This document shows positions 43,201-55,583 of a stretch of DNA of 64,000 nt, piece after piece (the first letter of the stretch is position 1; each line of letters starts with the position of its first letter). The notes beneath the pieces are model-generated. The model did no database searches. It had not been told where the DNA came from and saw only the letters and a list, made by a program, of their open reading frames with translations. A program made the translations under genes and the position numbers. This DNA is from Eledone cirrhosa (Eukaryota): NCBI GenBank assembly GCA_964016885.1, contig OZ024748.1:372001-436000 (forward strand), read 5' to 3'.

Positions 43201-46200
43201 TTTATTTTCATTATATATATATCTTCTCTATCTTACAGCCATCAACAGGAATTGTGGACTATGACAAACTACATGAAACAGCCAAGTTATTCCGTCCACG
43301 TCTTATTATAGCTGGGACATCAGCATATTCACGCTTATTGGATTACAAATGTTTTAGACAGGTAAGACATAGGTTTTGATTCTACACAGGTGAGACATAG
43401 ATGTTAGTTCTACACGCTCTCTCTCTCTCTCACCCTCACTCTCTCTCTCACACACCCTTTCTCTCTCACCCTCACACTCTCTCTCTCTCACCCTCTCACT
43501 CTCTCTCTCACACCCTCTCACTCTCTCTCTCACCCTCTCTCTCTAATATTACAGATATGTGATGATGTTAATGCCTTACTACTAGCAGATATGGCTCACA
43601 TCTCTGGCTTAGTTGCAGCTGAAGTCATCCCTAGTCCTTTTGAGCATGCTGATCTGATATCAACCACCACACACAAATCTCTGAGAGGACCCAGGTAAGA
43701 TGGTGGGGGATAGATGAGGGTGAAGGGGAGGATAAACCCAGGTAAGGTGGTGGGGAAAAGATGAGGGTGAAAGGGAGGAAAAACCCAGGTACGGTGGTGG
43801 GGAAAAGATGAGGGTGAAGGGGAGGATGGAGGCAGGTAAGGGGGGGGGGAGATGAAGAGGTGGGTGAAATGAGGGGGGAGGGAGTCTTCAAAGAGTTCCT
43901 GATTTCATCTCTTTACTATATCTGTTATTATATTGATTTAGATACAAGACCAGCCGTCAAATCTCTCAGTATGCAAATTAGGTTAATCAGCCGATGTATA
44001 CTTCAGAGAGTCCTATGTATTCTCAAGAGTTCCACTAGAGCAAAAGGATGATGATGGTTATCTAAGAAACATAGCGTTATGAGGCTGTTTGCTTGCAAAC
44101 AAATCGAATATTAATAATATTATTATAATATCATTATTCGATATTAAATTCATGAATGCATTTACGTATCTACTATGTTAGAGTAAAAAACCAAATTCTA
44201 ATTTTGTTTTTAAATATTGTAAGAATTATAGTTAATTTTTGTAAATCTTAAAAGTATATTATATTTTTACAAACTATATCAAAACTATATTGTAAATTTT
44301 AAAGATATATTGAATTTTTTTGTAATTTTTGTGAATTTCCAATATTTGTGGGTTTTATTTTATTGTGTATATTTTTCTGTAGGTCTGGCATGATTTTTTA
44401 TCGGAAAGGTGTAAAATCTGTGCATAAAAAAACTGGAGAGAAAATAATGTATGACTTGGAGACTAAAGTGAACAACGCAGTGTTTCCTGCTTTACAAGGA
44501 GGTCCTCATCAGAACCAGATTGGGGCTTTGGCTGTTGCACTTAAACAGGTGATGGATAGATTTTAACTTCTGTCCCAGTGTATGTACCATCATTATCATC
44601 ATTATCATTGAAATCACCATCATCGTCATCATCATCACCACCATCATCGTCATCATCATCACCATAGTCATCGCAAAACATCATAACCACCACCACCATC
44701 ATCATCATTACCACCGTCATCGTCATCATCACTACCATCGCCATCATCACCACCATCACCATCGTCATCATCATTATCGCCATCATCACCACCACCATCA
44801 TTGACATCATCATCACCATCATCATTGTCACCACCATCGTCATCACCATCACCATTACCATCATCACTGCCACCACCTTTACCATCATCATGCTGGTATC
44901 AAACCCCAAAGCCCTGAGGTTGTGGAGGAAACTTCTTACCCCACAGCCCTGCCTCTACATAATTAATTAATCAATCAATTATCTATTCCAGGCCATGGAT
45001 CCAGAGTTCAAGGACTATCAGCTTCAAGTGATGAAAAATGCCAAAACTCTTGCTGAATGTCTGAAGGCCAAAGGTTACAAACTAGTCTCAGGTTTGTCTA
45101 CCTTGTTTTGTTGTTGTTGTTGTAGTTAATCCTGAGATTGTTGTTGTTGTTATCTTGTATTGTTGCTTATAAAACACACCCAGTCCACCCTGTAAAGTGG
45201 TAATGCTAGTGACACAATAAAATGAACCTAGCCTACCCTGTAAAGTGGTAGTGCTAGTGTCACAATAAAATGAATCCAGTCCACCCTGTAAAGTGGTAGT
45301 ACTAGTGCTATGATAAAATGCACCTAGTCCACCCTGTAAAGTGGTGGTGTTGGTGCTGTGATAAAATGCACCCAGTCCATCTTGTAAAGTTGTGGTGTTG
45401 GTGCCACAATGATGAATGTCTGTTATAGTATAATGTGTTGCATTTGGTTTTTTGTTTTGTTTTACAGATGGCACTGAAAACCATTTAGTTCTGGTTGATA
45501 TGAAATCTAAAGGAATTGATGGCGCCAGATCTGAGAGAATCCTAGAACTGAGTGGCATTACAACTAACAAAAATACCTGTCCTGGAGACAAGAGTGCTAT
45601 GGTGCCGGGAGGAATTCGATTAGGTAAAGTTCTATTTTATTCTATTTGGGCAGTCACATTCCTTCCTACTAACATACTCACAAGCACAAACACTCAAACA
45701 CACTCACATATGCATGCACGCACACACCTCTTCTATATTCAGATTGGTTTATACCTAAGTATATACAGTATGTCATTAAAATAACTTCTCCTGCTAGTGA
45801 CAAATAACTGAAGAATTATTTTGTGGAGATACATTGGTAGGATGGACCTTTTGGTACCAACCCGGACAGAATCAGTTCTATGGAACAAAACCTTTCCATT
45901 TTAAAGGGTTTCTATTTAATCCTTTTGATACCAGCCTAGCCAAAATCAATCCTGGTTCTATGAAACAAAACCACTCTTTTTAAAGCGTTCCTATTTGGCC
46001 AAAATCAGCTCTGGTTCTATGAAAAAAAACCTACCCATTTTAAATAGTTTCTATTTCGCCCTTCTGATACCAACCCAGCCAAAAACTAGCTCTGCTTTTA
46101 TGAAACAGAACCACCCATTTTAAAAGGTTCCTATTAAAATTAAAATCTTTCAAAATAACTGTTTTGTAGTTTGCTTGAAGCATTGTGGAATAATAAATAC

Positions 46201-47451
46201 AAATTTAAATAAGTTTAGATAATTGGAAGCCCTGCAATGTGTGCAAGATGAAAAGTGCAAAGGTAATAGGAGTTAAAGAGAATAAAAGACTGAGAAAAGA
46301 GTGAGGACGATAGAATTCTACCTTAGCAATTTATTAATCTCAAATATTTTCGGATTTAAAAACCTATTCTCAAGAGAGGATCCATGTAAAGATATTTAAA
46401 GAACAATCGTAGAAGAGTTGTTCTTTGGTAACTTTTCTCCAATTGCTCTTTAAATACGTTTACATGGATCCTCTCTTATGACATGCAGGTGTAGGGTGTG
46501 TCTGTTCTAAAAATTGGGATACATATGACACATTCATGTGTAAATAAATCTCTAATAGAAGATTATTTAAAGTTTTAATTTTGTATTATTTTATCAGGAA
46601 CGCCAGCATTAACATCAAGAGGATTTAAAGAGGAAGATTTCCAGTTAGTTGTTGACTTCTTTGACCAGGCGATACAGTTAGGTTTGGAAGTTAAGAAGAA
46701 GACCAGTAAGTTGATTATATCTTGTGTGTGTGTAGAGTAAGTGGCTCATATCTTGTGTATGTGTGTGTAGAGTGGGTCATATCTTGTGTATGTAGTGGGT
46801 GGGTCATATCTTGTGTATGTGTGTGTAGAGTGGGTCATATCTTGTGTATGTAGTGAGTGGGTCATATCTTGTGTATGTGTATGTAGTGAGTGGGTCATAT
46901 CTTGTGTATGTGTGTGTAGAGTGGGTGGGTCATATCTTGTGTATGTGTGTGTAGAGTTGGTGGGTCATATCTTGTGTATGTGTGTGTGTGTATATACAGT
47001 GAGTTGGTTATATAGTGTGTTTGTGTATGTGTCTGTGTACAGTGGGTTATATCTTGTGCATGTCTGTGTCTGCATATGTTTACAGTGGTTTGGTTATATC
47101 GTGTGTATGTGTGTGTACAGTGGTTTGGTTATATGATAATAATAATGAAAATTATTATGTACAGTGTTCAGGTGCACTACAACTCATCAAAGGTGCATGT
47201 ATAATACATAGAACAATGAACAACTATCAGGAAAGTGATCATCATCATCACTGTTTAATGTCCACTTTCCCTGCTAGCAGCAAGGGTTATAAATGGTAAA
47301 TCCTTATTTTTTTATACTTGTTGCAGAAAACCTGAGGGAATATCGAGCTTTCTTATTGGAAAATGAAGACATTAAGAAGAAAATTGAGCATCTTGAATCT
47401 GAAGTGAAACGGTTTTCTGGATCTTTTCCAATGCCAGGCAGGGATATATAG
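31207..47451 (+). CDS. SHMT2: Serine hydroxymethyltransferase, mitochondrial; 12 coding exons, 1503 nt, 500 aa
   Basis: Exons 31207-31254, 37972-38145, 38805-38884, 41644-41844, 42380-42461, 43239-43361, 43555-43694, 44383-44548, 44992-45091, 45468-45623, 46598-46705, 47327-47451 all have GT-AG junctions and splice in frame. Motifs [70 protein letters not shown] (PLP lysine), [32 protein letters not shown]. Confidence 0.96.
31299..31485. repeat. Fold-back (inverted duplication) of a SINE 3' half in SHMT2 intron 1
   Basis: Arms 31299-31386 and 31398-31485, 11-nt loop, few mismatches. Confidence 0.9.
34243..34407. mobile_element. hAT-type MITE
   Basis: TIRs CAGTGTCGGATTTA / TAAATCCGGCACTG; 8-bp flanks CTGTAACC / CTGTAAAC. 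Confidence 0.75.
35157..36033 (+). mobile_element. RTE-clade LINE 3' fragment (third copy), in SHMT2 intron 1
   Basis: [12 protein letters not shown]...RLRWYGHV...GRPRKT*; same 3' UTR and (GAT)n tail. Confidence 0.9.
37972..38145 (+). CDS. SHMT2: SHMT2 exon 2
   Basis: ttgcag acceptor; QLLPLS...[35 protein letters not shown]; GT donor. Confidence 0.93.
38509..38702 (-). mobile_element. Copy of the terminal-hairpin element in SHMT2 intron 2
   Basis: Hairpin at 38509-38623, followed by the reverse complement of the family's leader. Confidence 0.7.
38805..38884 (+). CDS. SHMT2: SHMT2 exon 3
   Basis: [27 protein letters not shown]; AG acceptor, GTAAGT donor. Confidence 0.96.
39287..39606. repeat. 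Fold-back unit with ~95-bp inverted arms in SHMT2 intron 3
   Basis: About 39300-39384 is inverted relative to about 39522-39606. Confidence 0.7.
40880..41087. mobile_element. piggyBac-type MITE; related copies at ~37578-37790 and 47620-47825
   Basis: TTAA-CCCTTTAGCATTTA...TAAATGCTAATGGG-TTAA. Confidence 0.75.
41644..41844 (+). CDS. SHMT2: SHMT2 exon 4
   Basis: [20 protein letters not shown]...[19 protein letters not shown]...DLPDGGH; AG acceptor, GTAAGT donor. Confidence 0.96.
42380..42461 (+). CDS. SHMT2: SHMT2 exon 5
   Basis: [27 protein letters not shown]; AG acceptor, GTAAGT donor. Confidence 0.96.
42867..42909 (-). ncRNA. Minimal hammerhead ribozyme motif inside a fold-back unit (~42755-43068) in SHMT2 intron 5
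   Basis: Reverse complement reads gtca CTGAGGA g-gtcac-agaatta-gtgac GAAA GAGC TT tgac. Confidence 0.62.
43239..43361 (+). CDS. SHMT2: SHMT2 exon 6
   Basis: [41 protein letters not shown]; AG acceptor, GTAAGA donor. Confidence 0.96.
43555..43694 (+). CDS. SHMT2: SHMT2 exon 7 (PLP-binding lysine)
   Basis: [47 protein letters not shown]. Confidence 0.96.
43691..43845 (+). repeat. 47-bp tandem repeat copying the exon 7 splice donor (4 donors)
   Basis: CAG|GTA at 43695, 43742, 43789 and 43836. Confidence 0.85.
44383..44548 (+). CDS. SHMT2: SHMT2 exon 8
   Basis: [55 protein letters not shown]. Confidence 0.96.
44992..45091 (+). CDS. SHMT2: SHMT2 exon 9
   Basis: [33 protein letters not shown]. 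Confidence 0.95.
45170..45410 (+). repeat. ~48-bp tandem repeat (~5 copies) in SHMT2 intron 9
   Basis: Unit approximately ataaaatgcacccagtccaccctgtaaagtggtagtgctagtg. Confidence 0.8.
45468..45623 (+). CDS. SHMT2: SHMT2 exon 10
   Basis: [52 protein letters not shown]. Confidence 0.96.
46598..46705 (+). CDS. SHMT2: SHMT2 exon 11
   Basis: [36 protein letters not shown]. Confidence 0.95.
47327..47451 (+). CDS. SHMT2: SHMT2 exon 12 (terminal coding exon)
   Basis: [41 protein letters not shown] then TAG. Confidence 0.93.
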
Positions 47452-47619
47452 AATTTACCAATTTCTGGACGAAGAATTTATCATCAAACAGAATAGATTC
47501 AAGGTTAATGATTTGGAAAAAATTAAAAAAATTTTCTAACTAAAATTTTTCTCACTAAAATTTATACAAAGTTTCCAGGTCAAAAAACATAGATGAATTA
47601 TGTACAACAAATGTTTTAA

Positions 47620-47825
47620 CCCTTTAGCCTTTAAACCAGCTGTATCCAGCCAGAATTCTCTCACCTTTTTCTGTTCAAACCGACTGTAAACGGCCACTCA
47701 TACTGACGTTAAGGTATTGTTCTCAAAATAAATATCAAGAACTCATAAGATTTGATATTATGTGAGGTAAAGTCTTTATTGCAGAAATGCAATAGTAGAT
47801 ATAGAATAATGTAAATGCTAAAAGG
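47620..47825. mobile_element. piggyBac-type MITE in the presumptive SHMT2 3' UTR
   Basis: TTAA-CCCTTTAGCCTTTA...TAAATGCTAAAAGG-TTAA. Confidence 0.75.
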
Positions 47826-48288
47826 TTAAGGTAATTAGTGTTGTTTAAGTAGGGATTTCCCTTGTGTGTACTGTGACATGTGGGTCATATTTGGGGCACA
47901 GTTTTTACACCTGGATGCTCATCCTAGTGACAATCCATTTAGTCCCTTCTTGTAACAAGTGCAGGGATGTAGTGTACCTATTCTATACTGGATACATGCA
48001 AATATCCCTATACAACAACAGTGTACAGGGGACGTTGTTACAGTGTGTGTGTATGAGTCCAGGGTTCAATCGGAGGTAACCACAATAAGTAAGGTACTCA
48101 ATACAATAGTATGCCTGTTGTAGAAATACTTATTAATATATATATATTAGGCTAATTTACCTAATCAAAAATACGGTGGAAGCTCTATTTCACTATATAT
48201 ATATATATATAAACATATGCTTGGTGGTCACTGATCTGTCCAGCTCGTGTGTCTACCAGCATATCATGAAAAAATTATACATCTCATG

Positions 48289-48366
48289 TATTTTGTCTGA
48301 AGAGGACATATTTTGGTTTATGTTATACATAAAACTTTGCATCTTCGAAATATATATAATAAAATA
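48289..48366 (+). ncRNA. Minimal type-I hammerhead ribozyme motif downstream of the SHMT2 stop, sense strand
   Basis: tattttgt CTGAAGA gga...gtttatgt-tat-acataaaac...ttc GAAA TATATA TA ataaaata; 8-bp stem I with one G-U. Confidence 0.65.
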
Positions 48367-48829
48367 AATAGAGATGATATAAAGTATATATCTTTTGTAT
48401 ATTACTATTATTATAATATATATATATATACACACATACACACACTTTAGTCTATTTTTATACATGATATAACTTGAAGCTGACTTATTCTTCTTTGTTT
48501 CTCAGAATATATAATTACTTACAAAAACAAATTATGATAACCTACCTATAGAATTCAAATGTAATGTTTTTAATTTAATTTAATTTTTTGTTTTAGTTTG
48601 ATCATCAAAGTGCCTTATTTTTGACAAGGATCTTGAATAGAAAATTTTGGTAAAAATAACCAGGAATAAAAATTACAAGTTCTATATTATATACATATCT
48701 ATATTTTTTTTAAGGAGCCCCTGAAGTTGATACGATTAAGATGGTATTTTCATAAGATATTTTTGTCTATTTTTCTGAAATAAAGGAAGCTATTTTAAGC
48801 ATGTAATTTTATTACATTATTATTATTAA

Positions 48830-49450
48830 AGGTGGCGGATTGGCAGTATTGGTAGAGGTTCAGACGCCATGCTTTGCAGCATAGAGTTACAGCCCTTTAC
48901 GATCTTTACAGCCCGTTCAAATCCCACCGAGGTTAACTTTGCCTTTCATCCTTTCGGGGTCAATAAAATAAAGTACCAGTAGAACACTGGGATAATTGCT
49001 GGCCTTGTGCCAAAAAGTAGAAACAATTATTATTATTATTATTACCATGATTGAGCGGTGGGTTGGCAGTATCGGTAGAGGGTCGGATGCCATGCTTTGA
49101 CGCATAGAGTTACGGCCCTTGCCATTCTGAGTTCAAATCCCGCCGAGGTTAACTTTGCCTTTCATCCTTACGGGGTCGATAAAATAAAGTACCAGTAATG
49201 TACTGGGTAATTGCTGGCCTTATGCCTAAAGTAGAGACAATTATTATAATTATTATTTGGATTGGCAGTATCGGTAGAGGTTCAGATGTCATGCTTTGCA
49301 ACACAATGTTACGCCCCTTTACGGATTGAATTCAAATCCCACCAAGGTTAACTTGGCCTCCCATCCTTACGGGGTCGATAAAATAAAGTATCAGTAATGC
49401 ACTGGGGTAATTGTTGGCCTTGTGCCAAAAGTAGAAACATTATTATTATT
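48830..49450 (+). mobile_element. Cluster of three tandem tRNA-derived SINE copies
   Basis: A-box TGGCAGTATCGGTAG, B-box GAGTTCAAATCC, central ctttgcctttcatcc..ggggtcgataaaataaagtaccag block and (ATT)n tail. Confidence 0.85.
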
Positions 49451-50199
49451 ATTATTGGCAGGTAAATAATTATTAAACAATTAAACTAAGGATAAAGGTC
49501 TTAAATTAAGGATAATTGATAATTATATAATTTATGAATTTAAGAATTATATGTGTATCTGTGTATGGAGCATGTGTGTGTATGTGTGTGAGCATGTACG
49601 AAAATGTTTGTGTATGTCTCTGTATGAATGTATGTATGTATATATGAGCAAGACATGGTCACTTCACCTGCCCTATCTCATAACAGGACAACTCGTCTTA
49701 CCCATGCTAGTGTGGAAAAATGGACGTTAAACAGTAATGATGTATATATGTATATATATATATATTTATTTCTGTGCACGTATGTGTGTGTGTCTCTCTC
49801 CCCCTCTCTCTCTCTCTCTTTCTCTCTCTGCACATGTGAATGACTCTCTCTCCACATGTGTATGTGTGGCTCTCTCTCTGTGTAACTCGAGGATCAACAA
49901 TGTTATATTTAGAACACAACAAATGTTTCGTTAATCTCTTGTAATTTGTGCAACACAGCCGAAATAAATCCGACTTCAACAACAGTAACAACAACAATCT
50001 TCAATGCAGTTGAAATAAATACAACAACAACATGATTATTTCCATTGATCACCTTAACAAGGATTTACTCAGAATTGCTAATAATATACCATTGAAAAAT
50101 GTTTTTTGTGTGTGTATGTGTGTATATGTATGTGTTTGTGTGTGTATATATATGTATATGTGTGTGTGTGTGTGTATGTATGTATATAAATAAATGTAT

Positions 50200-50570
50200 A
50201 TAAATAATGAAAATTATTGTGTACAGTGCTCAGGTGCACTACAACTCATCAAAGGTGCATGTATAGTAAATAGAATAATATACAAAAGTCAGGAAAGTGA
50301 ACAGTGTAAGAGTTATGATATACACACAGACACACACACATGCATACGTGTGTGTGGAGGGGGGACATCAGGTGTAGTGTTAGTGAATCTCAAGAAGCAT
50401 GGAGGTTTTAAAGGATGCAGTGTCTCGACAGCTAACTGATGCAGGGAGTTTGTTCCGTGCTTCAGCAACTCTGAGCGTGAAAAAATGGTTCTGAAAGTCA
50501 TGGGAGCTGTACTGTTTTCTGACTTTGTAAGCATGTCCACGAGTGTAAGACACATGGAAAGTACTCAGGG
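50200..50570 (-). mobile_element. CR1-clade LINE 3' fragment
   Basis: Minus strand reads YKVRKQYSSHDFQNHFFTLRVAEARNKLPAS...SFKTSM, the CR1 ORF2 C-terminus, followed by a 3' UTR. Confidence 0.75.
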
Positions 50571-50659
50571 TTGTTGTTGGAAAGATGGTTACTACTACTA
50601 CTACTAATAATAATAATAAAAACTTTGTGGGCGTCTACCAAGTCTTCTTGTTTTTCTTT

Positions 50660-51115
50660 TTTAAAAATCTGAAGGTATACGATCGCGAATACAAGCGACC
50701 GAAATGTGTTCCTCTGAAGGGTCTTTGGAGTAACATTACTGGATAAAGTGCATAACTCGGTGATCAGAGAGTCACTCCAGGTAGAGCTGCTACTTCTCCG
50801 AATTGAGAGATCACAGCTCCGATAGTATGGGCATGTGGTTAGAAACAATCGGACAGATTTTACGGACAAAAACAACAGGCAAGAGACACAGGGGTAGACT
50901 CCGAGCAAGATGGTTGGATAACATCTATGAGCTTGGCTGGTAACACTTGGGAATCCAGCCAGATCTATTGGAGACAGTTGCTTCTGACAGGACCCTCTGG
51001 AAGGAGTATTTGAGGACTCTGCCCGCACGACCCTCTCAGGAATAAGTTGGCGAAGAAGTAGAAGGGTATGCCACTGAAAAATAAGGGTCAGTGCCAACCA
51101 GTAAGCCACCTGGCA
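50660..51115 (+). mobile_element. RTE-clade LINE C-terminal remnant (different family)
   Basis: DKVHNSVIRESLQVELLLLRIERSQLR*YGHVVR...DRTLW pattern. Confidence 0.7.
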
Positions 51116-51432
51116 ACGGGCCCGTTTCCATCTATCCCCCCCCCCATCCTTTCCTTCATTTTAGTCTTAGCCGGAAAAGTGGCTCATTAAAAGAAATATT
51201 CAGTTGAAGGAGACCAACTTAACATTTGAGGGTCGTACATGGTAAGATCAATGGCATCCTCGTCACAAACCACTTCACTTTGGCCCAACATGACCCAAAA
51301 TATACTCTCACATAAATATATACATGTATATATATACATACATGTATATATATATATATACATTCTATATATATATATATACATACCAAGCAAGCTTGGA
51401 AGATGGACGTTAAACGATGATGATGATGATGA

Positions 51433-52324
<892 letters not shown>

Positions 52325-52325
<1 letters not shown>

Positions 52326-52812
52326 TTGTCTAAACGAAAAGACGCAATGTTTAGACAAATCACAGAGGCAATAAACATAAATGAAATCCAACCAAAATTA
52401 AATAGAAAACATGAATGGAACAGCAACATCACAACTTACAATTAAGGACAAAATGAAAACACACGCACATAGAACAAACAACCAACCAGTAACATGTAAA
52501 TAAACAAACATAAACACACACAGACACCCGGATGTAACACATGCGCGCGCAAAATAAGCACACAACACACAAAAACAAGATGGCGTAGGACAGAACAAAG
52601 GAGAGGCACAAAAACAAAGAAAAGAATCCCCAGTCACTGAAGAGGCCACAGAATGTGTGACGGACGAACTTTGACAATATATAAACAATCATCTGGTTGT
52701 GGAACCAACCAACCAACCGGAAATTTATAAATTTATTATAATAAATTGAAGTGAAAGCAACTAGTGCGTGTGTTTCTTATTGGCAACATGACCTTCCCAA
52801 AGTATAACAATA
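52325..52812 (+). mobile_element. Penelope-like element 3' end: last GIY-YIG codons, 3' region and a degenerate hammerhead at 52633-52675
   Basis: [22 protein letters not shown] motif; 3' sequence homologous to 42755-43068 and 9683-9733. Confidence 0.7.
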
Positions 52813-52846
52813 TATTTACATATCTATATATTATATATATATATAT

Positions 52847-52890
<44 letters not shown>

Positions 52891-52910
52891 TTGTATATAC
52901 ATACATATAC

Positions 52911-52960
<50 letters not shown>

Positions 52961-52963
<3 letters not shown>

Positions 52964-53916
52964 TTAGTTAAGCAAAACAAGACCACACATTTCACAAGGA
53001 AGACATTATTAAAAGATTGTCAACATATTTTAGTTTGATGTAAGGAATGTAGAGAATAATAATAATAATGTCCGTTTACAATTGTTTCGCTACTCCATAT
53101 AATATTTCTGGATCAGATGACTATATATTGTAATTGATCTAGTTCAGTTGAAAATAATTAACATATTTATAAGACAGAGCGGCTCATCGGAACTTCAAAG
53201 GAATATAAATTAAAATAATGAGAGAATGTTACATAATATAATGTTCCATATATTGGTTTTTACTATGGTGTCTTAGTGGCATCAGTTGTCAGCCATAATC
53301 AAGCAGTCTTCATCTGTCGAGGCTGCATTGTGTGAGATCTGCCTATGGGTAACAAGATGGCTGCCAAAGGGCATATTTACCTTACTAATTAGAGGGTGGT
53401 TTCAGGGGAAGTAACTCTCGAGAGATTAGAAATCGTGGGTGTTTATAGTTAAGTGCTAATTTTTAAATTTTTTTAATTGAGAGACAATGTAGGGGAGGTA
53501 ACTTATAATTATCCAAGTTGTTCATAGCAATTTAACTTATTAGCTACAAGTAAAAATGAAGCTACATGACTAAGTTGGGTCAAAAATTCTATTCGCGAAG
53601 GAATTAGCCCTTCGATGTTGACAGCTAATAGTTACCTCCGTTCTATCGTTAATCGGTAGAGGTCGTGATAGAGTTATGTAATATGCTTCCGTAATACAGA
53701 TATCACAAGATTTTTTTCGTCCATTGAACGGTTGGGCCTTAGCCACGATATCCCAGAAATATTATATGGAGTAGCGAAAAAATTGTAAACGGACATTATT
53801 ATTATTAATATTATTATTATTCTCTACATTCCTTACATCAAACTAAAATATGTTGACAATCTTTTAATAATGTCTTCCTTGTGAAATTTGTGGTCTTGTT
53901 TTGCTTAACTAATGAA
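52961..53916. mobile_element. Fold-back unit with ~150-bp inverted arms next to (TA)n
   Basis: 52961-53111 is inverted relative to 53753-53916; interior 53195-53345 recurs at 61416-61555. Confidence 0.7.
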
Positions 53917-54094
53917 TATTTCCAGCTCTGCGCACCTAACTTCTGCATGAACCCAGCCACCTAGCTGCTTTCTACTGCATATTGCACATTGAGCACATGC
54001 CTTTATGCTTTGGCTTCTAACTAATTCACCAATCTCTCCTCTCATATCTCCTCTCCTATCTCTATCTCTCTCTTTAAGATTGGTTACTCTTGAA

Positions 54095-54139
<45 letters not shown>

Positions 54140-54142
<3 letters not shown>

Positions 54143-54441
54143 TTATTAAAATAACAGATTAAAGTTTAAGCAAAGAATCGCTGCTTTCACCCTTAACGGG
54201 ATCTTCTGAAACTAACAAAGTCAATCTGTGAACGCAGAAGTGAATATTTCAAAAAACGTTGCAACCGGAGGAAGACGATAAAAAAGACGGAGGAAGACAG
54301 GAAGACGATACTTTGGTTCGTGGAAACGTTCCCTGGCAAAGAACAGGAAAAAACGAATATAATACGTCATTATTTGCTCTACGGTTCTTATATATTTGAT
54401 ATATATTTATCCTTATCGAGCCCTCTTTGGATTTTAGCCTT
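54140..54441. mobile_element. Rearranged copy of the terminal region of the PLE at 25.9-26.2 kb
   Basis: 54140-54376 is the reverse complement of ~25938-26152; 54372-54441 is a direct copy of 26151-26220. Another fragment lies at ~59110-59172 (-). Confidence 0.75.
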
Positions 54442-54638
54442 GGATTGGCAGTATCGGTAGACGGTCGAAAGCCATGCTTTGACGCATAGAGTTACGTCCC
54501 TTACCATTCTGAGTTCAAATCCCGCCGAGGTTAACTTTGCCTTTCATCCTCACGGGGTCGATAAAATAAAGTACCAGTAATGCACTGGGTATTTGCTGGC
54601 CTTGTGCCAAAAGTAGAAACAATTATTACTCTATATAT

Positions 54639-54678
<40 letters not shown>

Positions 54679-55022
54679 TAACCTATTTCTCACATGCACA
54701 CATAAACACTGTAAATTTATTCCATCCGATGTTGTTTTAACAACTCTGCCAATTCGTTACTTTCGAATAACTTTCGGCAGCAGAACAATGAAACGAATAA
54801 AGAAACAACTCAATAAATTGAAATAAAAGATAAAAGTATTTTTCACTTATGATTACGACATTTCTTTTGTTTAACAGTGTTGATGTTAAGTGGGTCTTTT
54901 CTTTGTTTATTGTAATGTAACGTAACAAGTTGGTGAGATGATGTCGTCTGCTTTTTGAGAGGGTGAGAGTAGGATCGTCTGCTGGATACGCACGCACAGA
55001 TACTCACAAACACATATATGTT

Positions 55023-55053
<31 letters not shown>

Positions 55054-55583
55054 GAATATATACAGGGTGTCCCAAAAATGTATACAGACTTTTATTAGTA
55101 TGGTGTTAAAGTGTGTATACATTTTTGGGGGACATCCAGTCTGTGTGTGTATGTATATATACAAATATATATATGACTATATATAGGGTGTTCCAAAGAT
55201 GTATACAAACTTTTATTAAAACACTGTTGAAGTGTGTATACATTTTTGGGGGACACCCTGTGTGTGTGTATATAAATACAATGTATTTATATACATACAC
55301 ATAGATGAATATATATAGACTATATATATGTGTGTGTGTGTATTAGACAAAAAGGAGGGAGATAGACTGATGGAGATTGGAGAGAAATAGGAAAAAAAGG
55401 AAGAAAGAGGACAAAGAAAGAAAAGGGTAAATAAATAAATAAATGGCATGAAAGAAAGGAAAGAAATTAATTTGGAGGGAGAGAAGAAGATGAAGAAGAA
55501 AAAATATGAAGGAAGAAAAATCTACGAAAGATTGATATCAGAATAGCATTGATTGTATATTGTCTTTCTGTCTATCTATGCCG

